The notes beneath the pieces were generated by a model. It ran no database searches. It had not been told where the DNA came from and worked only from the letters and a program-made list of their open reading frames with translations. From the IMG/VR virus record IMGVR_UViG_3300010218_000006, positions 1-64,000 of that record: a stretch of 64,000 bases of DNA; one strand, given 5' to 3'. Source of the stretch: a virus. The position numbers and the translations under genes were made by a program. Below are positions 16,512-23,699 of this stretch, piece by piece (within the stretch, counting starts at the first letter, position 1; each line of letters starts with the position of its first letter).

Positions 16512-16514
16512 ATC

Positions 16515-16865
16515 TTAATCCAACGTCCTAACCGTAGTAAAATCAACTATCGGCCTTTTAGACCCTTCGTCAGACTCTACAAGCCTCCCATTACTGCCGC
16601 CCTTAACAAGCTTCAACTCTGCCACCATACGCTGAATCTTATCCGCATTAATCTTCTCTGTAACATCAATATGAAAGTCTAGCAGCTTCGTAGCAGCCGT
16701 CAGACGAATCTTCTCATCCTCGCTGTGCATACACTTAAGCAACACATCTACAGCCTCTATGGACGCCTTATCCAACGCCTTGAGCAGCTTTTTCAGCTTA
16801 ATCTCATCTTGCGTAAAACTGATGTCATCCTTGATTACAAGTAGTTGAGAGCTATTATTGCTCAT
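16515..16865 (-). CDS. terminase small subunit candidate
   Basis: 116-aa helical ORF, the first gene after the late promoter and immediately upstream of terL. Assigned by position only. Confidence 0.35.
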   Translation of the reverse strand: MSNNSSQLLVIKDDISFTQDEIKLKKLLKALDKASIEAVDVLLKCMHSEDEKIRLTAATKLLDFHIDVTEKINADKIQRMVAELKLVKGGSNGRLVESDEGSKRPIVDFTTVRTLD

Positions 16866-16899
16866 GTGTGCTCCCGCTAATTAATTTTCTAATATAAAC

Positions 16900-16928
16900 A
16901 TTGTATCACATAAGTTGCATTTTGTCAA
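16900..16928 (-). promoter_or_regulatory. sigma70-type promoter TTGACA-N17-TACAAT (late operon)
   Basis: The minus strand reads TTGACAAAATGCAACTTATGTGATACAAT. Confidence 0.65.
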
Positions 16929-16976
16929 GCCCCCTTGATGCAGAATTTCTTTAGAGCAACAAACTTGACAGGAACA

Positions 16977-17005
16977 CTTGACAAATTACAACATTTATGG
17001 TACAA
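16977..17005 (+). promoter_or_regulatory. sigma70-type promoter TTGACA-N17-TACAAT (divergent)
   Basis: TTGACAAATTACAACATTTATGGTACAAT. A second TTGACA lies 12 nt upstream. Confidence 0.65.
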
Positions 17006-17036
17006 TTGCGTTATAAATAAATTCTGCGAGACATTC

Positions 17037-17252
17037 ATGACAACAAAAATAGATGACCTCTATAGCATGTCCATCAATCAGATTGCCATACGTTTCTCCC
17101 AAATCTCCCGCCAACGTATCTCACAAATTGTTGCACTCCTCATAAAAGATGATGATGTGGATACGCTTTGGAAAGTGAACCAAGCTAAGGTTGTGCTCAA
17201 AGAGGCTAAGAAGAAACGTAAAAGAGAACTTAGGAAAGCTTCTCAACAATGA
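17037..17252 (+). CDS. small HTH-like protein
   Basis: Start moved downstream of the promoter. Contains SINQIAIRFSQISRQRISQIV (HTH-like) and a basic tail. Confidence 0.45.
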   Translation: MTTKIDDLYSMSINQIAIRFSQISRQRISQIVALLIKDDDVDTLWKVNQAKVVLKEAKKKRKRELRKASQQ

Positions 17253-17341
17253 GAAATTCTTCTTGACAATATGTTTGACGCAGATCAAAATGACTTTCAT
17301 GGCTTCAACGAAGACAAGATCAACACAACATCAGGAGGAAC

Positions 17342-17554
17342 ATGACTTACCCAAAACAATATCCAGAATACGCTACAGGAGACTTCAGTTGCTCCTTCCA
17401 CTGGCGCTCTCCAAATAAGAAATTGCACAGCATCTTCGTATCTGATGCAGAAAATCTACAATCTGCCCAAAAGCTTGTCATGCAGCATTTGCACGAAACA
17501 ATGGAAGTGTATGTACTCCCTGTGCTGGCTCTGATTAAAGGAGGTAAGGCATGA
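17342..17554 (+). CDS. hypothetical protein
   Basis: 70-aa ORF with a GGAGGAACATG RBS. Confidence 0.5.
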   Translation: MTYPKQYPEYATGDFSCSFHWRSPNKKLHSIFVSDAENLQSAQKLVMQHLHETMEVYVLPVLALIKGGKA

Positions 17555-17694
17555 CGGAAAAACGCTTGGCATCTGTTGAAGACAGTTTTGATCTTGAAGA
17601 GTGGGTTATGGAGTATGACTTAGAAGAAACTCGCAACGATCCGCATTACAGTATTTACTACACACCTGAATATGAAGAGGAGCCTTCCAAATGA
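17551..17694 (+). CDS. hypothetical acidic protein (47 aa, below ORF-track cutoff)
   Basis: ATGA overlaps with both neighbouring genes, and a GGAGGTAAGG RBS. Confidence 0.45.
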   Translation: MTEKRLASVEDSFDLEEWVMEYDLEETRNDPHYSIYYTPEYEEEPSK

Positions 17695-17948
17695 AACAAA
17701 CTAAATCAATCGTAAATCCGTCCCTATTCGCTTTCGTAGCAGAAATCGAAGAAGCAATCTTGGAAGGTTGGAACCTAGACCTTGAAGATAATCCTCCTGT
17801 CACTTGGGGAGTTGTGTACGAATGCGGTTTGGTTCGAGATGTAGAGGAAGAAACTCCCGACCCTTCTGCAGCTCCTAAGCCAAAAATGACTCGTGCAGAA
17901 GCCCTTGCAGCAGCTCGTAAAGCTAAGGCTGAGAAGAAATTGGCATGA
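17691..17948 (+). CDS. hypothetical protein
   Basis: 85-aa ORF, translationally coupled. Confidence 0.5.
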   Translation: MKQTKSIVNPSLFAFVAEIEEAILEGWNLDLEDNPPVTWGVVYECGLVRDVEEETPDPSAAPKPKMTRAEALAAARKAKAEKKLA

Positions 17949-18142
17949 AATCTAAAACACTCAAGGAACTGGAAGCCGAGAATGCATTCCTAGCCTCCCT
18001 TCTCAACTCTTTCTGGACAGGGGATGTTCCTGAGAATGCCTCTTTGGATCACCTTGTTCTTGCTAAGGCTGGAAGGCATCGGTTGCAGGAGATGAGTAAG
18101 AAGCCTGTGTTGTTGACAGGTGGTGTAAGTGGTGGCAGTTAA
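17945..18142 (+). CDS. hypothetical protein
   Basis: 65-aa ORF with an ATGA overlap. Confidence 0.45.
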   Translation: MKSKTLKELEAENAFLASLLNSFWTGDVPENASLDHLVLAKAGRHRLQEMSKKPVLLTGGVSGGS

Positions 18143-18167
18143 TTATCAATAAACAATAAGAGGTGTT

Positions 18168-18932
18168 ATGAGTCGAAATGCGTCGCGGATGCGCAAAAAG
18201 GAGCCAATGGTTGCAGACAAGGCTGTAGTTACAAAAGCTAAGTTTGCTGATGCTAACGAGGGTAAGTTAAAAAGTTTCACCCCAACGCCTTCACAAAAAG
18301 AACTGATAAACACAATCCGTGCCAACGTACTTACTTGGGTAGACTCTCCAGCCGGTAGTGGCAAAAGTTCAACAATCCTGTGGCACTTTGCTAAAGAGTA
18401 TTTGGTAGATCATTCAAAACATATTATTGTTGTACGTACTCCTGTTGAATTCTGTGATGACAAGATTGGGTACTTGCCAAACTCCTTGGAAGCTAAACTA
18501 GAAGTGCATTTTGCGTCTTCCAAGAAGATTCTTGAAGATTTTCTCGGGAAAGGGAGAGTTGCTGCTGATATGGACCAGAGAATTCATTTCAAGATTCCGA
18601 ACTACCTGCTCGGCTCTACTTTAGATAACGCTCTCGTTCTTATCGACGAGGCACAACAGCTTTCTCCGCAAATTCTGAAGCTACTACTAGAACGTATCGG
18701 GAAGAACAGCACGGTTGTTGTGGCGGGAGACTCAAATCAATTGTTTGACGCCAAAGGTAAGCGGAATGGCTTGGCTGATGCAATCGAGCGATTCTTTAAA
18801 TTTGAAGATGGTTGGGTTATTCCTAAATATGAGAATATTGGATACCACGAGTTCTCTATCTCTGAAATCATGCGGTCTGAGATTTGTAAGACGGTTGTTA
18901 CTGCATACAGTGGAATGAAAGGTGGTATTTAA
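18168..18932 (+). CDS. phoH: PhoH-like ATPase
   Basis: Walker A SPAGSGKS, Walker B VLIDEAQQ, and a PhoH-type GDSNQ motif. Confidence 0.8.
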   Translation: MSRNASRMRKKEPMVADKAVVTKAKFADANEGKLKSFTPTPSQKELINTIRANVLTWVDSPAGSGKSSTILWHFAKEYLVDHSKHIIVVRTPVEFCDDKIGYLPNSLEAKLEVHFASSKKILEDFLGKGRVAADMDQRIHFKIPNYLLGSTLDNALVLIDEAQQLSPQILKLLLERIGKNSTVVVAGDSNQLFDAKGKRNGLADAIERFFKFEDGWVIPKYENIGYHEFSISEIMRSEICKTVVTAYSGMKGGI

Positions 18933-19702
18933 TGGGGCGGGTGTATATTCGGAAAGACTACTCAGGAGAAAAGTTTGGAAGGCTCCTTATTCTTTATGAC
19001 GAAAAAGATATTATCAAAGACGGAATAAAAATCAGGGTTGTAAAAGTCAGGTGCGAGTGCGGCACAGAATACTCTCCTAGGCTGCACTCGTTAACTAACG
19101 GCTCTATAAAGTCCTGTGGGTGCCTCCATAAAGAGGCTGCAAGTAAGACGTGCATAGACAGAAATACTACTCATAAGGACAGTAAGTCTAAGGAGCACAA
19201 CGCCTGGCAGCAGATGTTATGTAGATGCAGGAACACATCAAGAAAAAACTATGATAAGTACGGAGGAAGGGGCATAAAGGTAGATGCTTCTTGGGAGAAA
19301 TCTTACGAAACTTTTCTAAAAGACATGGGCAGAGCGCCCGACAGCACTAGAAAGTGGTCTGTTGGTAGGAAAGATAATAACGGAGACTACTGCCCAAGCA
19401 ATTGTCGTTGGGAAGCTATTGAGCAACAGGCAAGAAACAGAGGTATGCAGAAGAACAATACAACAGGCTTAGGTGGAGTTTATCCAAAGAGATATAGAGG
19501 TATTTTACATTATGTGGCTGATTGGTACGACTTTGAGATAAAGAGAAGAAAAACGCGCATCTTCTCTACGCGCAAGTATGGGGAAGCAGTTGCTTTAGCG
19601 TTAGCTAAAGAGTGCCGTAAAAATGCGCTAGAAGAAATGAACACAAGGGGTGCTGGATATTCTGAACAGCACGGTAATCCAAGGGAAATTAAGGAGAAAT
19701 GA
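18932..19702 (+). CDS. AP2-domain homing-endonuclease-like protein
   Basis: N-terminal FGRL...CECG...L.NG..KSCGC zinc motif, plus a C-terminal AP2-like NTTGLGGVY...Y.A.W...R. It is inserted between phoH and the ClpP-like gene. Confidence 0.55.
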   Translation: MGRVYIRKDYSGEKFGRLLILYDEKDIIKDGIKIRVVKVRCECGTEYSPRLHSLTNGSIKSCGCLHKEAASKTCIDRNTTHKDSKSKEHNAWQQMLCRCRNTSRKNYDKYGGRGIKVDASWEKSYETFLKDMGRAPDSTRKWSVGRKDNNGDYCPSNCRWEAIEQQARNRGMQKNNTTGLGGVYPKRYRGILHYVADWYDFEIKRRKTRIFSTRKYGEAVALALAKECRKNALEEMNTRGAGYSEQHGNPREIKEK

Positions 19703-20361
19703 TGAATGAGTTTAAGATTGACAAACTAAATGAAAAACGAGCAGGCTATCCTTTCTCCGAGTATGATGAATTCCCTATCACGTATTCGCCGGTTAAGGCA
19801 GGCGTGTATAATATCTACCTTTACGGAACGATTGAATCCCCTCAACAGTTCATTGGAGCGGTCGAAGTGCTTAATGCCGCCACAGAGAATGACATAGTTG
19901 TTATCCATCTTCAGACTAATGGAGGCTCCCTTGACGCAACTGACACGTTACTCCAAGCAATGTCCCACACAGACGGAAGGATTATCGTAAAAGCCTCTGG
20001 AGGTGTTCATTCAAGCGGCACAATTATTCTACTTCACGCTGACGAATTTACCCTATCAGATAATTCTAATTTCCTTATACACAATGGATCGACAGGAACA
20101 GGTGGTAAGTATTCTGATTACAAAGCTGAGACGGCCTACACCTTGAAGCATATGGAAAAAGTGTTACGGCACACATATACAGGATTTCTTTCAGAAGCTG
20201 AGATGGAAGATTTGTTGCGTGGAGTTGACTTGTGGCTTGGGCCTGAAGAGTTCTGTGAACGCTACAACAAACGCAACGAATACTTCCTCGCTAAAGAAGC
20301 CGCTGCAAAGGCTCCTGCCAAGAAATCCCGCAAGAAAAAGGAAGCTCCTCCTGAGCTGTAA
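19699..20361 (+). CDS. ClpP-like serine protease family protein
   Basis: GGVHSSGT (Ser), FLIHNG (His) and Asp in ClpP-like spacing. It lies outside the head module. Confidence 0.55.
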   Translation: MMNEFKIDKLNEKRAGYPFSEYDEFPITYSPVKAGVYNIYLYGTIESPQQFIGAVEVLNAATENDIVVIHLQTNGGSLDATDTLLQAMSHTDGRIIVKASGGVHSSGTIILLHADEFTLSDNSNFLIHNGSTGTGGKYSDYKAETAYTLKHMEKVLRHTYTGFLSEAEMEDLLRGVDLWLGPEEFCERYNKRNEYFLAKEAAAKAPAKKSRKKKEAPPEL

Positions 20362-20365
20362 TCAT

Positions 20366-20399
20366 AAGCCCTCACAGAAATGTGTTGGGCTTTTATTTT
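20366..20399 (+). terminator. rho-independent terminator
   Basis: AAGCCC-N15-GGGCTT followed by TTATTTT. Confidence 0.55.
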
Positions 20400-20457
20400 G
20401 CTTGCGTTTTGTAAAAGGACGTTACAGAATTGTAGTTTTTATATTTAAGGAGAGAAC

Positions 20458-20881
20458 TTGAAATTTCCATTTGAACACTTGACACAAGCTATTGCACCAA
20501 CTGGCTCACGTTATGTTTGTAATCCTGCTCCGACAGATACAGATGAGGATTATGTTATTCTTGTGCATCCAGATAAATTCGATAAGCTGACGTGCGAACT
20601 GTTTCAAAGCGATTATGAACTTGGAGGGTCAGATATTTGTGGAGCAGAGGAATCTGATATCAGTGAGTGGGACGGATTCCAGTCGTGGAAGAAAGGGGGA
20701 GATCAACCTTATCATCACAACAAGCAAAGATTTCTTTGACAAGTTTGTGAAAGCTACAGAGATGGCTAAGGAACAGAATCTTCTTTTGAAGGATGAGAGG
20801 ATTACCTTGTTTCAGAAGATTCTGTACAACAACGATCCTAAGTTTGGCGCTTGGGTTTTGGATGGTAAATGTGCACAGTAA
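20458..20881 (+). pseudogene. nucleotidyltransferase-fold-like gene interrupted by a frameshift in a G5 run
   Basis: ORFs 20458..20739 and 20615..20881 join as ...SWKKGEINLIITTSK... if G5 (20695-20699) is read as G4. The N-terminus carries a GS-x11-DTDED motif. Confidence 0.55.
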
Positions 20882-21057
20882 AACAACTTAAAGACTGGCT
20901 TGAGCAGTTTCCAGATGATACCAAGGTGCAAGTGTTGCAACAAGAGTACGCAATAAATTGGGATACAGAAGTAGAGTATGTTGATCTAAGTTTGTCTGAG
21001 TATAGTGATAATTGGAATTATGATAAAGGTATGAATGTTTTATACTTAGGAAATTGA
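20869..21057 (+). CDS. hypothetical protein
   Basis: 62-aa ORF at the end of the plus-strand array. Confidence 0.45.
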   Translation: MCTVKQLKDWLEQFPDDTKVQVLQQEYAINWDTEVEYVDLSLSEYSDNWNYDKGMNVLYLGN

Positions 21058-21070
21058 CATAGCATAGAAC

Positions 21071-21093
21071 GGCTCTTATGTCCTTTAAGAGCC
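21071..21093. terminator. hairpin between convergent genes
   Basis: 8-bp stem GGCTCTTA/TAAGAGCC. Confidence 0.45.
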
Positions 21094-21096
21094 TAT

Positions 21097-21294
21097 CTAT
21101 AGCATCCCATCAAACATGTACCAAAGTATTCTGATCGAATCTTTATGGTCTAAATCAAAAGCCTCTTTGCACATGACAGAATACTCTGCTATTTTTACAA
21201 TAGGCTCGTCTGCATCGTAGCCTAGAAGCAGACTCAGTTTGGCTAATGCTTTGAGGGCAGATTCTTTGTCCATGTGCGTATTTTCTTTGTGCAT
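21097..21294 (-). CDS. hypothetical protein downstream of recombinase
   Basis: Start set at Met19, which has an AAGGAG RBS. 65 aa. Confidence 0.45.
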   Translation of the reverse strand: MHKENTHMDKESALKALAKLSLLLGYDADEPIVKIAEYSVMCKEAFDLDHKDSIRILWYMFDGML

Positions 21295-21358
21295 GTCGTT
21301 CTCCTTAAAATTAAACTTTACACCCTCCCTATAAAGCCGTATTGACATACGTCAAATG

Positions 21359-22006
21359 TTATGCGGCTTTATTTCCTTTATATTGCTTCTTACGAGCCTC
21401 AAACTCTTCCTCGTAGGCTTCCATGCTATCTTTCCATTTGGAAATATTCCTTGCGATGCTGTTACGTGGCACTTTGTATTTCTTTGCCAGATCATCTAGC
21501 GTAGCTCCGTCCTCTTTCTCTTGGCAAAGCTTGCGCAGAAGCGTAGGGTGAATCTTGAGAGGCTGTCCTAGTTTTGTTCCTTGTGCTTTTGTACGAGCTA
21601 GGCCGGATTTTGTTCGAGTAACAATATTGTCCCTTTCCATCTCAGCCATGCAAGCAAAGATGTGCGTAATCATCTTCCCCGCTGGCCCTGTCAAGTCTGC
21701 CCCAAGCTGCATCACTTCCAAGCTAACACCCATAGCCTTGAAAGCCTCTACAGTGGAGAGGATATCGATAGCATTGCGGCCAAGACGGTCTAGCATTGTC
21801 ACAATAACACTGTCCCCTTGCTGCAACACAGCCATCATTTGCTTGAAGGCAGGGCGCTCAAGAGCCTTAATGGTGCCTGAGACTCCATCATCAGCGTAGA
21901 AATTCCCATCAGCTACAGCATAGCCCTTGTCACGGATTTGCTTCTTTTGGTTCTCTGTGGTTTGTCCTTTATCTGTGGACACGCGTAGGTAGGCGAAGAT
22001 GGTCAT
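21359..22006 (-). CDS. small serine recombinase (resolvase/invertase family)
   Basis: FAYLRVSTDKGQTTENQ (catalytic Ser), VTMLDRLGRN, and a C-terminal HTH LDDLAKKYKVPRNSIARN. 215 aa. Confidence 0.85.
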   Translation of the reverse strand: MTIFAYLRVSTDKGQTTENQKKQIRDKGYAVADGNFYADDGVSGTIKALERPAFKQMMAVLQQGDSVIVTMLDRLGRNAIDILSTVEAFKAMGVSLEVMQLGADLTGPAGKMITHIFACMAEMERDNIVTRTKSGLARTKAQGTKLGQPLKIHPTLLRKLCQEKEDGATLDDLAKKYKVPRNSIARNISKWKDSMEAYEEEFEARKKQYKGNKAA

Positions 22007-22036
22007 GAATTGCTCCTTTGTTTATCTGATGTAGTG

Positions 22037-22065
22037 ATTATAGATAGTTATCCCATTAATGTCAA
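22037..22065 (-). promoter_or_regulatory. consensus promoter TTGACA-N17-TATAAT for recombinase
   Basis: The minus strand reads TTGACATTAATGGGATAACTATCTATAAT. Confidence 0.7.
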
Positions 22066-22199
22066 CAGGTTTGTGGGATTTCCTTTACAGGGTAAGAAAT
22101 AATTATCTCCAGCCTCTTTATACATAAATCTTATAAACAAGCAAAATTTCTGTTAGAATTGTTATATTAAATAATATTTCCATTAAAGCTACGAAGGCT

Positions 22200-22228
22200 T
22201 TGACATTTCTCAATGCATGTGGCAGAAT
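22200..22228 (+). promoter_or_regulatory. promoter TTGACA-N17-CAGAAT
   Basis: TTGACATTTCTCAATGCATGTGGCAGAAT, upstream of gene 22256. Confidence 0.55.
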
Positions 22229-22255
22229 GTCTTACGAATTCTTTAAGGAGAAACA

Positions 22256-22513
22256 ATGAAACTAGACGTAGATGTTGCAGATGGGAAATATACAGTGCAT
22301 ATTAATGATGGGAACATGAAGGCAACTCGTTACGGGATGGCTTGGCGTCACCTTACAGGAGATAATTTGATTTACTGGCTTGCTGTGGAGCTTGCAGAGG
22401 CGAGGGATATTATTCAGGATATGCGGCTTAATAGACAAGTAGATACGAGAAACACATTCAAGGATTCTCCTTACCACTTACCTGATCCAAGCGATAAGGA
22501 GGGGCTTATCTAA
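22256..22513 (+). CDS. hypothetical protein
   Basis: 85-aa ORF with an AAGGAG RBS. Confidence 0.55.
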   Translation: MKLDVDVADGKYTVHINDGNMKATRYGMAWRHLTGDNLIYWLAVELAEARDIIQDMRLNRQVDTRNTFKDSPYHLPDPSDKEGLI

Positions 22514-22623
22514 TGAAAGGCTACGCACACATGAGCAAAGAGAGTGTAATTTCTCTTGCAGAGTGCTCACAAATCTTACTGTGTTTGTGTAACGTGAACA
22601 ATTTACTAAAGGAGACAAAATGA
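22513..22623 (+). CDS. hypothetical 36-aa protein (below ORF-track cutoff)
   Basis: TAATG and ATGA overlaps with the flanking genes. Confidence 0.35.
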   Translation: MKGYAHMSKESVISLAECSQILLCLCNVNNLLKETK

Positions 22624-22838
22624 GCATTAAAGTAGGAGAGGAGCTTGGAAGCAAACTTGTAAAGCTTTTAGGCTTACCAGAATATACAGTATCATTTACG
22701 CTTCGCTGTGCTGTAAATGAAATTGTAACAGTGACTTGCGAATATTACCCTGAAGGTCATCTGGAAGATGCTGGTCAGGAAGACTATGAGACTGTGTTTG
22801 CAGAATATCGGTTGGAGAGGATCGAGAGTGAACTGTGA
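22620..22838 (+). CDS. hypothetical protein
   Basis: 72-aa ORF with an AAGGAGACAAAATG RBS. Confidence 0.55.
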   Translation: MSIKVGEELGSKLVKLLGLPEYTVSFTLRCAVNEIVTVTCEYYPEGHLEDAGQEDYETVFAEYRLERIESEL

Positions 22839-23579
22839 TTTGATGCTAGGAGATTGTCTGGAGAGAATGGATGAGATTGGAGACTGCAGTGTAGATGCAA
22901 TCATAGCTGACCTCCCTTACGGTACAACACAGTGTAAATGGGATAGTGTGATTGACTTAGTTACTTTATGGAAACAATTTAAAAGAGTTTCCAAACCTAC
23001 AACTCCTATTGTCTTATTCGCCCAAACCCCTTTTGACAAAGTATTGGGATGCTCCAATCTTGTATGGCTTAAGTACGAGTGGGTATGGGAGAAGACTAAC
23101 GCTACAGGTCATCTCAATGCTAAGAAAGCCCCAATGAAGGCTCACGAGAATATTCTTGTATTCTATGACAAGCCTCCGACATACAATCCTCAGAAGACTT
23201 CGGGCACACTAGGAAAGTGAGTAAGGCAGAGCATCGTGTAAATTCAATGGACAGCGATTGCTATAATAAAGGATTCGTCAGAAATACTTATGATAGCGAT
23301 GAGCGTTACCCTAGAAGCGTTCAAGTTTTTAAGAGTGATACACAAAAACAGGCTTTACATCCTACACAGAAACCTTTATCTTTGTTGGAATATCTTGTCA
23401 AAACATACACTAATCAAGGTAACACTGTGCTGGATTGCACAATGGGGTCAGGCACAATAGGAGTGGCATGTGTCAACCTTGGAAGAAATTTTATCGGTAT
23501 TGAGAAAGATGAGAATTATTATCAAATAGCTTTTGAGCGGATTGCTAATGCACAAGGGAATTTGAAAGAATCTGTGTAG
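22828..23579 (+). pseudogene. beta-class N6A/N4C DNA methyltransferase split by a -1 frameshift at GGAAAG_TGA
   Basis: The N-terminal part carries IIADLPYGT (DPPY-type motif IV). The C-terminal part carries RYPRSV, HPTQKP and DCTMGSGT (motif I). The frames switch at 23214-23220. Confidence 0.7.
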
Positions 23580-23660
23580 TTATTGTCCAATCATTAGGTC
23601 TGTCCAATAATAATGGACGAACAAGACTACTGGACAATATTTCTTAAAAGCAACACATAT

Positions 23661-23699
23661 ATGGCTTGTCTCTTCATTGAGGCAGGCCATTTTTATTTT
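23661..23699 (+). terminator. rho-independent terminator
   Basis: 12-bp stem ATGGCTTGTCTC/GAGGCAGGCCAT (2 G.U pairs) followed by TTTTTATTTT. Confidence 0.75.

Larger units (their letters stand above)
16224..16514 (-). other. structured leader between small- and large-terminase genes
   Basis: At least five hairpins, including 8-bp CTGCAAGG/CCTTGCAG, the terminator-like 16362-16392 hairpin, and an 8-bp CCTCCTCA/TGAGGAGG pair around the RBS region. Confidence 0.5.

Noticed and set aside
16935-17036. N-terminal 34 codons of ORF 16935..17252, and similar long N-terminal extensions of ORFs 11809..13395, 31020..31313, 41872..42201 and 60133..61125
   Set aside because: The extensions run through mapped promoter elements or terminators, or through the upstream gene. 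Internal starts with RBSs were chosen instead.
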